In this document: positions 12,483-23,337 of the stretch, one piece after another
Position numbering within the stretch: the stretch's first letter is position 1
Layout of the letters: each line of letters starts with the position of its first letter
DNA from: Cyanobacteria bacterium auto_48_18
GTDB taxonomy: Bacteria > Cyanobacteriota > Vampirovibrionia > Obscuribacterales > Obscuribacteraceae
Assembly: GCA_036170915.1 (NCBI GenBank)
Contig: JAVHQC010000011.1
Coordinates: 64,001 to 128,000 of the forward strand
Direction of reading: 5' to 3'
DNA length: 64,000 nt
Program-made: the position numbers and the translations under genes
Notes under the pieces: model-generated
What the model was told of the DNA's origin: nothing
Databases searched by the model: none
What the model saw: only the letters and a program-made list of their open reading frames with translations

Positions 12483-15038
12483 TTGCCTCAGGTCATTTCA
12501 GATCTCACAAGCAGTGAGAGCGGTGCTCTCGTGCTCATTGCTGCGCCTGGTGCTGGTAAGACGACGCGAGTACCACCAGCTATCCTTGATAGCGGCCTGG
12601 CTGACCTTGCTGGTGGTGCAGGTCAAATTGTTGTACTTCAACCGCGCCGGGTCGCGGCACGTGCTGCAGCATCGCGCATGTCTGATGAGCGCGGCACCAA
12701 AATTGGCGAAGAGATTGGCTATCAGGTTCGTCACGAAAGCAGAGCTTCTGCTCGCACACGCATACTCGTGTGCACTGAAGGCGTTTTTCTCAGGCGTTTG
12801 CAGAAAGATCCTTTGCTTGAAAAAATAGCCGTGGTTATTTTTGATGAGTTTCACGAGCGTAGCCTTGATAGCGATCTAGCATTGGCTCTAGTCAGGCAAG
12901 TGCGCAATGAATTGCGGTCGGATCTGAAAATCATTGTTATGTCGGCCACTCTTGACGCCGAACCTGTGAGCCATTACTTGGCGAATTGTCCGGTAGTAAA
13001 TAGCCCAGGTCGTACTTATCCGGTCAACATCGAGTATCTGCAATCTTCGCCCAATCCAAGTAACCTTGAGCAGACAGTTTGCGATGGTGTCAAACGAATG
13101 ATCAGCCATAGTGATGGTCACATTCTGGCTTTCCTGCCTGGTGTTGGCGAAATTCGCAGAACGCAAGAACTGCTTGAAGCAACTGCCGCACGTGATGATT
13201 TATTGTTGCTTCCACTATATGGCGACTTGCCATTAGAGGAACAGCACCGCGTATTAAGCGAATCGAGTAAACGCAAAGTGGTGCTTGCTACCAATATTGC
13301 AGAAACTTCCTTGACTATTGATGGTGTTACAGCTGTTGTCGATAGCGGTATGGCCCGAGTGAACAGGTTGGATGCGCGATTGGGTCTCAATCGCCTGGCG
13401 CTCGAACGCATTTCGCAAGCATCTGCTGACCAGCGGGCTGGTCGTGCCGGTCGCACCACCAGTGGTTCATGCCTTCGCTTGTGGACCGAGCGCGAGCATA
13501 GAAACATTGCAGCTTTTACTTCTCCCGAAATCGAACGAGTTGATTTATCTGAATGCGTGTTACAGCTTTTTGCCTGGGGAGAGAATGATCCAAAGGCATT
13601 CAGCTGGTTCGAGCAGCCGCCAGAAGGAAGCCTCAACCGGTCTTTGGAATTACTTGAGCGCTTAGACGCATTAGCGAATGGCAAATTGACACCGCTTGGT
13701 GGCAAGATGGCGCTCTTACCACTTCAGCCCAGGCTGGCTCGGCTACTTTTGACAGGAGCAGAATTGGGTCGCCTCAAGGATGCAGCCCTTTGTGCGGCCC
13801 TGCTGGCAGAGCGCGATCCGCTTAAGCGCTCCACTGAAAATAAGGGAGCCGCTCACAAGTCAGAATCTGACGTTCTGGACCGAATCTGGGCCCTCAAAGA
13901 GTTTGCAGATAGCGGACACAGGCACTCTTTTGTCGGCGAGCTTATGGTAAATCAGGCTAAGCAAATTTTACGTGCTGCCGAACAACTCACTCGTCTCGTG
14001 AGTGACTCAGGCACTGCAGGCAGTGACAAACAGCTTAGCGACACGTCAGGCAATAAGACATCTGCAAAAGCAGATGAAGCGGTGATGCAGGCTTTGATGC
14101 TAGCGTTTGTCGATCGCATTTGTCGTCGTCGAGAGACTGGTGGCAGAACGGCAATAATGGTGGGTGGCAGGGGTGTGCGGCTTTCCAATGACTCAGCTGT
14201 CACTGAAGCAGAATTTTTCGTCGCGGTAGAACTTGCTGAAACCGGGCAATCTGAAGCCACTGTCAGGCAAGCTTCAGCTATCGAGAAAAGCTGGTTACCT
14301 AAGTCGCACCTTTCTACAAGTACTGATGTTTTTTACGACACTGTGCGTGAGAAAGTCTTGGCATTGAAGCGCACTCGATTTTGCGATCTAGTTATTGAAG
14401 AAACAGTGTCAGCTATGCCTGAAGGCGTCGATACCGGTGAAGTGCTGGCTCAAGGTCTAATAGCAACCGGCGCAGATCTAGCCACCTTAGTTGACGAGCA
14501 GACTTTTCAATATTTGGCTCGCATAAACTATCTGCGTGAAAATTTGCCAGAACTAAATCTACCCGAGTTTTCGAGCGAGCCCTGGCGCGATTTATTGTCG
14601 CAGTGGTGCGCTGGCTCTTCAAGCCTCGCAGAGCTCAAGGCATGTTCATTTTTATCAATTTTGCAATCGCAACTTGATCATCAGCAGCTATCGACAATTG
14701 ACTCTGAGGCTCCCGAACGTCTACTCGTGCCCAGTGGCAATCTAATCAAAATTCATTACGAGAGTGGTAAGCAGCCGGTTCTAGCTGTGCGAATTCAAGA
14801 ATTATTTGGAATGGCCGCAACTCCAAAAATTGCCAGGTCGCGTCAATCTGTGTTATTGCATCTACTGGCTCCAAATTATAGAGTGCAGCAAATCACTGAC
14901 GATCTTGCGAGTTTCTGGAAGAATACATATGGCGATGTGAAAAAAGATCTGAAAGCTCGTTATCCTAAACACTCATGGCCTGATAATCCGTTGATTGCAC
15001 AGGCTGAGAGTCGGCCAAAGAGGCGGATTCAATCGTAA
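12483..15038 (+). CDS. hrpB: ATP-dependent RNA helicase HrpB (true start may be ATT at 12456)
   Basis: APGAGKTT, DEFHERS, MSAT, ATNIAETSLTI, QRAGRAGR; HrpB C-terminus LHLLAPNYRVQQITDDLASFW..RYPKHSWP. Confidence 0.95.
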   Translation: MPQVISDLTSSESGALVLIAAPGAGKTTRVPPAILDSGLADLAGGAGQIVVLQPRRVAARAAASRMSDERGTKIGEEIGYQVRHESRASARTRILVCTEGVFLRRLQKDPLLEKIAVVIFDEFHERSLDSDLALALVRQVRNELRSDLKIIVMSATLDAEPVSHYLANCPVVNSPGRTYPVNIEYLQSSPNPSNLEQTVCDGVKRMISHSDGHILAFLPGVGEIRRTQELLEATAARDDLLLLPLYGDLPLEEQHRVLSESSKRKVVLATNIAETSLTIDGVTAVVDSGMARVNRLDARLGLNRLALERISQASADQRAGRAGRTTSGSCLRLWTEREHRNIAAFTSPEIERVDLSECVLQLFAWGENDPKAFSWFEQPPEGSLNRSLELLERLDALANGKLTPLGGKMALLPLQPRLARLLLTGAELGRLKDAALCAALLAERDPLKRSTENKGAAHKSESDVLDRIWALKEFADSGHRHSFVGELMVNQAKQILRAAEQLTRLVSDSGTAGSDKQLSDTSGNKTSAKADEAVMQALMLAFVDRICRRRETGGRTAIMVGGRGVRLSNDSAVTEAEFFVAVELAETGQSEATVRQASAIEKSWLPKSHLSTSTDVFYDTVREKVLALKRTRFCDLVIEETVSAMPEGVDTGEVLAQGLIATGADLATLVDEQTFQYLARINYLRENLPELNLPEFSSEPWRDLLSQWCAGSSSLAELKACSFLSILQSQLDHQQLSTIDSEAPERLLVPSGNLIKIHYESGKQPVLAVRIQELFGMAATPKIARSRQSVLLHLLAPNYRVQQITDDLASFWKNTYGDVKKDLKARYPKHSWPDNPLIAQAESRPKRRIQS

Positions 15039-15278
15039 TTTTGTGGTAGTGCACATCACTAAATGACATCTATCAAAAAAATAATCTTTCCAACGGAAAC
15101 AAAATTTTTTTCAGAACGTCAAGCCCGAAAAATGTTGCCAGGGCGAGATTTTCGCCTCATTTTATTTGATAAGATACCGCGTGTTTCCTGAAGCCAATCC
15201 AGTGATCGGTCAGCGACCGATGACAATGAAAGCGCGCATTCTAATGCGACCTTGTGGCAATTATAATGGGGTATCGAA

Positions 15279-18200
15279 ATGGCACGCACTCGAATTTACG
15301 CCGCAGTCCTCTTCTCTTGTTTGGCGTTTTCTCCGCTTGCCATTGCCAAATCGCATCAGGCAGAGGGAGCACTTCTCAAAAGAGGTGCCTCGCAGATCTC
15401 CAAGATTTCAGCACCCAGAGCGGATTATTTCTTAACGCACATTAGTACGGATAAGCCAATTTATCGTGTTGGTGAGAAGGTATATTTTCGTGGCGTAATG
15501 CTGAATGCATCAGATCGAAAGCCCTTAGCTGACAACTCTAATACTAACGCTGCTATCCAGATTCGAAGCCCAAAAGGCGAAGTAATTTTTAGTGGTACGG
15601 CCCGCACGCAAGATAGTGTTTGGTCCTTTGAGTGGCCGGTCTCGGCCGGACAGGCTGGCGGTGAGTATACCGTGTTGGCAACTTATCCATGGCAAGGCTA
15701 CGCGCCAGCTGAGAGAAAGTTTGACATCAGAGCCTATAGAGCTCCACGACTAAATTCTCAGATAAGTTTTTTGCGCGACGGCTACGGACCGGGAGAAAAA
15801 GTAACGGCCACATTGGAAGTGAAGCGCGCTGAAGGGGGTATTCCGGCCGGCGCAAATGTTTCAGTCAGTGCCCGCGTTGATGGCGTTGCTATCGACGGCG
15901 GCCGTGGAACCGTGGACGAAAAAGGTTTCTGTTCGGTCAGTTTCGTTCTACCTTCAGAAATTTCACGTGGCGAGGGTACGTTAGCCCTCGCCATTGCAGA
16001 TGGTGGTGTTGTTGAGACAGCGTCAAAAACAATTCCAATACTCCTAAAAAAAGTAGACCTTCACATTTATCCTGAAGGTGGCGAACTTATTGGTGGTTTT
16101 AAGAACCGTGTTTACGTGCAGGCAAATCAGCTTAATGGGAAACCTGCAGATTTGGAAGCAGAAGTTCTTACCTATATTGGTGGTGGTAAAACCAGTGCTG
16201 TTGCGCATTTTTGCACTGAGCATGAGGGTCGCGGACGTTTTGAGTTTAGGCCCGAATCAAATCGGCAATATTTTTTGAAAATATTGAATCCCTCCGGAAT
16301 TGAAAAAACGTATGAGCTGCCGGCCGTAAAAGATGCCGGTGCAATAATCTCTTCTGACAAAGAGGTTTTCGAAAGAGGAAAACCAGTTACTGTTCATTTA
16401 GGCTCAACGCGAAAGAAGATTCGAGTAACAATCTCCAAGCGTGGTGTTGATCTTGCTACCGTTCACGCCACCATGAGTGGTAGCACGCGGCACTCGGACT
16501 TAAAGACTATAGTCTTACCTTTGCCTTCCGAAGCAGACGGCGTGCTCACTGCTACGGTTTGGGATGAAGACGGTCTGCCACTTGCCGAACGTTTGATTTT
16601 CCGGCAACAAGCAAAACCCCTCAATGTGACCCTTAGCCTAGACAAGGAGAACTATATTCCGGGCCAAAACGCATCTGTGAAGGTAAAAGCTACCGATATT
16701 GATGGCAAGCCCGTGTCAGCTATTATTGGTGTAACTGTCACTGATGAAAGCGTACTGCAAATGATTGAGAAGCGGGAGCATGCACCACGGCTCCCTATCA
16801 TGGTTTTATTGGAGCCCGAAGTAAAAGATCTGGCTGATGCACATGTCTATTTGGATGAAAATAATTCTAAGGCACCACTGGCCACCGACCTTTTACTTGG
16901 CACACAAGGCTGGCGCCGTTTCGCCCAAATTGACGTAAACAAATTTATACAGGTCAATGGTGACAAGGGTCGCCGTGCTATTTCGGCTGCGTTGCCTAAA
17001 GTAAGTTCGTTAGGAACAGGCATTGGAGCTTTGGCAGGCGGCCGGATTGTGGCAGGAAGAATCGGGGAATTCGGCAAAATTCTGCGTCCAGACAATCGCG
17101 TCCAAATTCCAAATGAGATTGGGCGGGTGGAAGGCCCGCGCGACATGAATATGTTTCAAGTTGAACCCACCGTCGTTGATGAACGCCATTTCTCATCAGG
17201 CCGGGCCGAAAGACATCAGAAAACGAGCCCTACTTTACCCGATGGAGCACCAGTTCCTGATGACGACGGCGCAAGTGGAACTGTAGATAGGTTTACGTTC
17301 TTCAGGTCAAATTTGGGTAGCCCGGTCGCCGTGGTGCGCGAGTTTGCTCATCAGGTACGTCAGAACAGACAGGCTAACGATCGCAGTGATTTTCAGGAAA
17401 CTATCTATTGGAATGCCGCAGTTAAAACAGATGCAAATACAGGCGAAGGCACTATCAATTTTGGTTTAAATGACAGTGTAACTACATTCCAAGTTTTTGC
17501 TGATGCCTTTTCGAATGATGGCTCAATTGGTGCCACCAGTATGGGCTTGAAATCGGTTCAGCCTTTCTATGCTGAAGCAAAGCTACCTTTAGAGGTGACT
17601 ACCGGTGATCAAATATTTCTTCCCATTAGTCTTGTGAATGCTACCAGCAGTTCGCTTGCAAACACTAAAACTACTGTTGATTTGGCCGGCCCATTTAAAG
17701 TGATGCCCCTATTAAATCAGTTACAAGAACTAGCCGCGGGCGCACGTGAGCGTTATATACAAGCCATTGATGTAGGATTCGGAAAAGGATTGATGAATTT
17801 CATTCTGCATGCAAATGCTGGCTCTTATGAGGACAAAGTAACACGTCAGCTCTTAGTTGTGCCAAAGGGTTTTCCTGTAGAAAAAACATTTGGTGGCTTA
17901 CTTGAACCCGGCAAAAAGATCTCTCTAAAAATCATTATTGACAAAAATGTGGTGCCAGAAAGCATTTCCTCTAACACTGCAGTTTATCCTACTCCACTAG
18001 CGAATATGACCGGTGCTCTAGAAAGAATGATTCAAGAGCCAAATGGTTGTTTTGAACAAACGTCGTCTACGAGCTATCCACTAACTATGGCTCAGCAATA
18101 TTTCCTTTCGCACTCAGGTGTTTCACCCAAGTTGATTGAAACATCGCGCGAAACTTTGGACAGGGGTTACAAGAAACTGATTAGCTTCTGGTGCCCAGAT

Positions 18201-19466
18201 AAGGGTTACGAGTGGTTTGGTACCAATCCTGGACACGAGGCGCTCACTGCATTTGGCTTGCTTCATTTTAATGATATGGCGCAAGTCAGAGAAGTCGATC
18301 GCGATATGACGACCAGCACTCGCGCGTGGTTGATGAAGCAAAGAGATGGAAGTGGCGGGTTCACTCGTAAGCGTGCATCATTGCATACCTGGATTGAAGA
18401 TAAGGACTGCTCAAATGCGTACATTCTTTGGGCGCTCTTAGAAATTGGACAGAATCCAGATGATTTGAAGCCTGAAATTGAGTCGCTAAAGGCCGCGGCC
18501 GGCAAAAGTCAAAATAGTTATGTCTTAGCGTTGGCGGCAAGCGCGCTTTACCTGTCAGGCGACAAAACTTTGGCGAAGCAATTGATGCAGCGATTAGCGA
18601 CATTGCAAAAGGCTGATGGTTCTGTTGATAAAATTGAAAGCACCATCGTTGGGAGTGGCGGCGAATCTCTTCAAGTAGAGGGAACGGCGCTTGCAACCTT
18701 AGCTTGGTTGCGAGATCCACAATTTGCAGGCAACGTAGAGAAGGGTATTCAATATCTAGCCGAATCATGCAAGGCCGGACGCTTTGGTTCAACCCAGGCC
18801 ACCGTCCTCGCCCTTCGCACCATTGTAAATTATGACAAGCAAAGGGCTCGCCCTAAGACGGCTGGCAAGTTGTGTTTGTTTGTTGATGGACAGCCTACCG
18901 GTGACTGTATAAACTTCAGCCCCTCCAGCCAAGACGCGATTAAACTTCCAGATCTCAGCAAGATCCTCAGTGCGGGTGACCATTTGGTTGTGCTGCAGAT
19001 GGAAGGTGGAAGCGCTATGCCCTACTCACTTGCAGTTAAATACAACACTCTGAGTTTTCCCACTGACCAAGATTGCAAACTTAAATTGAGCGTCAAAATG
19101 TCGCAGGACAAAGTAGTTGAGGGTGCTTCTACCGAAGCGAACGTTTCAGTTGAGAATATGACCAAAGAGGCTGTCCCGACTCCCGTTGCCATCATCGGTT
19201 TGCCAGGCGGGTTGGAACCGAGACACGATCAGTTAAAGGAACTGGTTAAACGTGGAACAATCGACGCCTACGAGGTGCTTGGTCGTGAAGTTGTCTTCTA
19301 CTGGCGCGCTATGCCTGCTAGCACAAAGATAGAAGTTCCAATCAGCCTCATAGCTGCTGTGCCCGGCACTTACACTGGACCAGCCAGCCGTGCTTATCTG
19401 TATTACACTGATGAGCACAAAAATTGGGCTGATGGACTGCGTATTGAAATCGCTGCAAAAAATTAA
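15279..19466 (+). CDS. Alpha-2-macroglobulin family protein, secreted
   Basis: TDKPIYRVGE MG domain, DFQETIYW, thioester motif GCFEQ, FGSTQAT; signal peptide. Confidence 0.9.
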   Translation: MARTRIYAAVLFSCLAFSPLAIAKSHQAEGALLKRGASQISKISAPRADYFLTHISTDKPIYRVGEKVYFRGVMLNASDRKPLADNSNTNAAIQIRSPKGEVIFSGTARTQDSVWSFEWPVSAGQAGGEYTVLATYPWQGYAPAERKFDIRAYRAPRLNSQISFLRDGYGPGEKVTATLEVKRAEGGIPAGANVSVSARVDGVAIDGGRGTVDEKGFCSVSFVLPSEISRGEGTLALAIADGGVVETASKTIPILLKKVDLHIYPEGGELIGGFKNRVYVQANQLNGKPADLEAEVLTYIGGGKTSAVAHFCTEHEGRGRFEFRPESNRQYFLKILNPSGIEKTYELPAVKDAGAIISSDKEVFERGKPVTVHLGSTRKKIRVTISKRGVDLATVHATMSGSTRHSDLKTIVLPLPSEADGVLTATVWDEDGLPLAERLIFRQQAKPLNVTLSLDKENYIPGQNASVKVKATDIDGKPVSAIIGVTVTDESVLQMIEKREHAPRLPIMVLLEPEVKDLADAHVYLDENNSKAPLATDLLLGTQGWRRFAQIDVNKFIQVNGDKGRRAISAALPKVSSLGTGIGALAGGRIVAGRIGEFGKILRPDNRVQIPNEIGRVEGPRDMNMFQVEPTVVDERHFSSGRAERHQKTSPTLPDGAPVPDDDGASGTVDRFTFFRSNLGSPVAVVREFAHQVRQNRQANDRSDFQETIYWNAAVKTDANTGEGTINFGLNDSVTTFQVFADAFSNDGSIGATSMGLKSVQPFYAEAKLPLEVTTGDQIFLPISLVNATSSSLANTKTTVDLAGPFKVMPLLNQLQELAAGARERYIQAIDVGFGKGLMNFILHANAGSYEDKVTRQLLVVPKGFPVEKTFGGLLEPGKKISLKIIIDKNVVPESISSNTAVYPTPLANMTGALERMIQEPNGCFEQTSSTSYPLTMAQQYFLSHSGVSPKLIETSRETLDRGYKKLISFWCPDKGYEWFGTNPGHEALTAFGLLHFNDMAQVREVDRDMTTSTRAWLMKQRDGSGGFTRKRASLHTWIEDKDCSNAYILWALLEIGQNPDDLKPEIESLKAAAGKSQNSYVLALAASALYLSGDKTLAKQLMQRLATLQKADGSVDKIESTIVGSGGESLQVEGTALATLAWLRDPQFAGNVEKGIQYLAESCKAGRFGSTQATVLALRTIVNYDKQRARPKTAGKLCLFVDGQPTGDCINFSPSSQDAIKLPDLSKILSAGDHLVVLQMEGGSAMPYSLAVKYNTLSFPTDQDCKLKLSVKMSQDKVVEGASTEANVSVENMTKEAVPTPVAIIGLPGGLEPRHDQLKELVKRGTIDAYEVLGREVVFYWRAMPASTKIEVPISLIAAVPGTYTGPASRAYLYYTDEHKNWADGLRIEIAAKN

Positions 19467-19735
19467 GTTGATCTATGTGTCACAGATGCAAAAGTTGCGT
19501 TTACGATCACGCGTCAAAGCATAGTGACATCAAAATATTGATTCGATTCCTTAGCACCGAATATGGTGTCAACCCAATTGAGCTTGGTTCGCTATGTGTT
19601 CAGCTCTGAACATCCAACTCTATGCATATTTTGCAAATAGTAACCTTGCGGCTGTGCTAAGCTACGCCTATAGAAGTACTTATAGATATGCAGTCTGAAT
19701 TGTGACTGTAAACTAACTCTACAGTTGGTGAGCGT

Positions 19736-21112
19736 ATGTCAACAATTCGACCGATTTCCGTCCTGATTGCAGAAGACGAATCTATTATAAGACTTGGTCT
19801 TACGTGTTCGCTCCAGCCTTTTACCGATATAAAAGTCGTAGGCACAAGTGCTGATGGTCGAGCTGCAGTTTGTGACGCGGTTGAGCTCAAGCCCGATGTG
19901 ATCTTAATGGACATCGGATTGCCTCTCATCGACGGCATCACCGCTTCGCAGCAAATTAAGGCTGTTATGCCTGGTGTGCGCATTATCATGTTCACTGCTT
20001 CTGGAGACGAAGCCACAATTAATGCAGCATTAGGTGCTGGCGCCGATGGTTATTGCTTTAAAGACTGTTCACCCGCCCACCTCTATTCTGCTATAAAGGC
20101 TGTTGCTGGTGGTGTTGCATGGCTTGCTCCAGGCATCGCCGACCTGATTTTGCGCAACCGCCCAGCAATAACGCCTAGCGATAATTCCCTTGCTGGAACA
20201 GAAAAAAACCTTGTAGATGCCAGTCTGATAGCTCTGCCTTCTCTTGCCAGCGCCTCCTCAAGGCCTTCAACTTCAGCGTTGGAAAAGGGATCACTTCTCG
20301 GTGATCGTTATTTGATTGACTCGACGCTTGGCCGAGGCGGCATGGGTATTGTCTATAAAGCCACGCATTTATTGATGGACCGACCAGTTGCAATTAAGAT
20401 GCTTCATTCTCATCATCTTGCCGACGCATCTATTGTTAAGCGCTTCCAGACCGAGGCCAGAAGTCTCTCACTACTGACCCATCCCAATTTGGTGACTGCG
20501 TTTGATTTCGGTATGACGCAATTAAATGAACCGTATATGGTGATGGATTTTCATGATGGTAAGGGGCTCGACGAGATACTGCAAACTTATTCGAAAATTA
20601 CTTTCGGTCGCGCCGTGAATATTTTTTCTCAAATTTGCGACGCGCTTACTGCGGTTCACGAATGTGGAATTGTGCACCGAGATATTAAACCGAGCAACAT
20701 ACTGATTTCAGAGGCGGGGCTGGTAAAACTCGTTGACTTCGGAATTGCTAAAAGCATCCAAAGTATGACATCAAATCTAACTTTGGCTGGACAAGTGATG
20801 GGTACTCCGAGGTACATGAGTCCCGAGCAATACATGGGTAAGGAATTAGATTCTAGAAGTGATATTTACGCCTTGGGCTGCGTCATGTACGAGGTTTTTA
20901 CTGGCAAGCCTCCTTTTTCCGCTACTGGCTATTTTGAGCTCGTGCGGCAGCACGTCGAAGATTTACCATCACACGAGCCGTTTGCTCCGCTTATTGATTT
21001 TTCACCAGCCCTGGAGGAAATCATATTTAAATGTTTGGAGAAAGATCCAGATTTTCGATATCAATCTGCTGAGCAGTTAAACTATCAGCTAGCAAATATC
21101 GGGTCGAGTTAG
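19736..21112 (+). CDS. Receiver domain fused to Ser/Thr protein kinase
   Basis: REC: AEDE, DVILMDIGLP, T, K; kinase: GRGGMG, VAIK, HRDIKPSN, DFG, GTPRYMSPE. Confidence 0.92.
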   Translation: MSTIRPISVLIAEDESIIRLGLTCSLQPFTDIKVVGTSADGRAAVCDAVELKPDVILMDIGLPLIDGITASQQIKAVMPGVRIIMFTASGDEATINAALGAGADGYCFKDCSPAHLYSAIKAVAGGVAWLAPGIADLILRNRPAITPSDNSLAGTEKNLVDASLIALPSLASASSRPSTSALEKGSLLGDRYLIDSTLGRGGMGIVYKATHLLMDRPVAIKMLHSHHLADASIVKRFQTEARSLSLLTHPNLVTAFDFGMTQLNEPYMVMDFHDGKGLDEILQTYSKITFGRAVNIFSQICDALTAVHECGIVHRDIKPSNILISEAGLVKLVDFGIAKSIQSMTSNLTLAGQVMGTPRYMSPEQYMGKELDSRSDIYALGCVMYEVFTGKPPFSATGYFELVRQHVEDLPSHEPFAPLIDFSPALEEIIFKCLEKDPDFRYQSAEQLNYQLANIGSS

Positions 21113-21571
21113 TGTCGACTTGGTGTAATCAAAATCGTATCTTAGAAAACCATTGAACTTCGCCACTTTGTCGTAGAGCAAGCGAGCCTGGATGTTGTTG
21201 TCTTGGGTGAGCCAGTAGCATTTGTAGCAGTCCAAAGTTTTAGCAGTCTCGGCGACTTTCTCAATCAATCTTCGAGCGAGACCCTGACCACGACAATTTG
21301 CATCAACAAACAAATCTTGTAGGTAACACATCTTTTTAGGCGTCCAGGCCGTCTCGTGAAGCAAATAATGCGTTATACCCAACAACTTTCCGTCTACACT
21401 TTCGCGTACTCCAAATCCGCTCAGGGTGCCAGACCTGCTCATCAATCTATTCCAGGTTGAATCAAAAATTTCGGTTGGTAGAGTTGTATTGTAGAAGGCC
21501 AGATATGCAGTCCAGAGTTCCACCCAGCGGTCGTGATCGGCTTCGCGAATTTCTGTTACTACTGCTTCCAT
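21089..21571 (-). CDS. GNAT N-acetyltransferase
   Basis: YLQDLFV..CRGQGLAR, N..ARLLYDKV. Confidence 0.9.
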   Translation of the reverse strand: MEAVVTEIREADHDRWVELWTAYLAFYNTTLPTEIFDSTWNRLMSRSGTLSGFGVRESVDGKLLGITHYLLHETAWTPKKMCYLQDLFVDANCRGQGLARRLIEKVAETAKTLDCYKCYWLTQDNNIQARLLYDKVAKFNGFLRYDFDYTKSTLTRPDIC

Positions 21572-21687
21572 GAAAGAACCTCTTTAAAAGTCTGCTAGAT
21601 TTGCCTCGCCAAGTCCAGGTATATTTTAAGCCTAAAAAGCAAATACAATTAAGTTACGCTACCTTCCGGTTTGCCAAGGTTTATCTG

Positions 21688-22194
21688 ATGACCATCTGTG
21701 TGCATTTGACTGCCGAATCCAACGTTAAGCATATTTTGCGCTCTGGAATTAAGGCGCAACCTGGTGGCGTAAATGGTGTCAAAGGTGTCTATTGCATGCC
21801 TGTTTTGCAAAATTACTATGCTTCGCACCAGTGGCTGCGCGAACTTCGACAGGGAGGTGGACGAAATAGAATGGCCATGATTGCCGTTGATTTTCGCCTG
21901 CATTCAGATGAAGCTGTTCTTGTCGGGCACTACGCCCAACCGCATGTTGAAACAACGGTCTCGCAAGCAGCCAAAGTAATTATGTCAGCGCAAGATCCAA
22001 TGGGGTTCGAAATCTTTTTGCCACGGTCAGTTAAGCGGGATGAGATCCATAAAATTCGGTCTGTGGCACAAGTGATCGGATGGAGATACAGTCCGACGGC
22101 TAAAGGTACCAAGCCGTTTTGCACCTGTGAATATTGCATCCGCGGCACCTTTGGCGCTAAAAAGTTACGAGCCTTGAGACCCGACTCTGACTAG
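21688..22194 (+). CDS. Hypothetical protein with ADP-ribosyltransferase-like N-terminal motif and C-terminal CxCxxC
   Basis: VHLTAESNVKHILRSGIK, GVYCMPV, SHQWLREL, EIFLPR, CTCEYC; ATG 21688 preferred over TTG 21601. Confidence 0.65.
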   Translation: MTICVHLTAESNVKHILRSGIKAQPGGVNGVKGVYCMPVLQNYYASHQWLRELRQGGGRNRMAMIAVDFRLHSDEAVLVGHYAQPHVETTVSQAAKVIMSAQDPMGFEIFLPRSVKRDEIHKIRSVAQVIGWRYSPTAKGTKPFCTCEYCIRGTFGAKKLRALRPDSD

Positions 22195-22308
22195 TAGTTT
22201 GCCCGGTCACGTCAGACTCGCCACAGTTTCGCCATATTGAAGCCCTAGTATCAAATTGCCGACCGAACCGCTCTGGAGTGTTCGGACCGGCACTTACTAT
22301 TATTTGAG

Positions 22309-22881
22309 GTGGTTATGACACCCGATTTCCAAAGTGATCGTGCAGAACAGCATCAAAAGGGCGACCAGGCCGAAAGCCGTGTGTTCATTGATATGGCTGA
22401 TCCCAAAAACAGTCTTACCGCAAAATCACTAAGCGGTCCCGGGCATATGGAGGGCAGCGGCAAAGGTGAACCTGCTTTTTTAAATTTTGATGATCCTTTT
22501 AAATCGGGCTCTGACAAGAATCATCACCAGGGCTTTAACAACCAGCACGATGGTTATCAACCAAAGCAAGCTAACCAACATGAGAACAATTCTGCTTCAT
22601 CCGATAATACTAGGTGGTCTTTTGTCGGACAACAAACTTCTCGCGAACCTTTTGATTTAGAGCGCTTTGTATCATCGTTTAATTTGAGTGAGCGCGCGCG
22701 CTGGATGTTCCAGGCTATTGGACTTAATTACGACCCATCTAATTCATATGCTGCCGCGGCCTATGATGATTACAAGGCTAACCAGCGAGTTGATTCCAAT
22801 ACTAAGCGCGAAAATTTTGCACCAGAGGTTGCCCCATCAGCTAGACACATCTCGAAGAACCATCCTAGGCGTGCGAACTAG
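22309..22881 (+). CDS. Hypothetical hydrophilic protein
   Basis: 190 aa ORF with GAGG SD; N/Q/H-rich. Confidence 0.55.
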   Translation: MVMTPDFQSDRAEQHQKGDQAESRVFIDMADPKNSLTAKSLSGPGHMEGSGKGEPAFLNFDDPFKSGSDKNHHQGFNNQHDGYQPKQANQHENNSASSDNTRWSFVGQQTSREPFDLERFVSSFNLSERARWMFQAIGLNYDPSNSYAAAAYDDYKANQRVDSNTKRENFAPEVAPSARHISKNHPRRAN

Positions 22882-22938
22882 GGAGTGCTTTCATACGTAA
22901 GTCACCAGTGCTTTTGAGCGGTCTGCTAAACTGAAAGG

Positions 22939-23337
22939 ATGGAAAAAAAGGATAAATTACGACGCGAAGCAGTCGGGGCGGTTGGAACTTTTGGGTTTCT
23001 CTGCGGCACTGTTGGTCTGGTGCTGGTACCCCTGCCGTTAACATTCGTTCTGTTTTTCTTCTGCGTTTTGGCCACTTGTTTTAAGTTCTTGCGCCGCAAA
23101 AGAAGCCCCGCTGCTGCCGCATCCATTGAGTCAGTTCAGCACAAATATATTTACCCGTTGGGCGATTTGATTTTGGCTACAACGATGGCAATGTTTTCTG
23201 TCGTGTTGACAGTGGTCTTCATTGCCGTATTTTTCAAATTTATACCGCTTGCTTTAATAGGCGCTGTTTTCTATTTCGCGGTCGCTTCGTGGCGAACAAA
23301 ATCTAGCGACGCTGTGGTCAACAGTGGGTCAGCATAA
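22939..23337 (+). CDS. Small 4-TM membrane protein
   Basis: Two hydrophobic hairpins; 3' end overlaps nadB. Confidence 0.55.
   Translation: MEKKDKLRREAVGAVGTFGFLCGTVGLVLVPLPLTFVLFFFCVLATCFKFLRRKRSPAAAASIESVQHKYIYPLGDLILATTMAMFSVVLTVVFIAVFFKFIPLALIGAVFYFAVASWRTKSSDAVVNSGSA

Noticed and set aside
23271..23337. 67-bp convergent overlap of nadB with a membrane-protein gene
   Set aside because: Short convergent overlaps recur in this compact region (21089-21112, 45487-45509); nadB retains its C-terminal ESRG motif, so it is not a pseudogene
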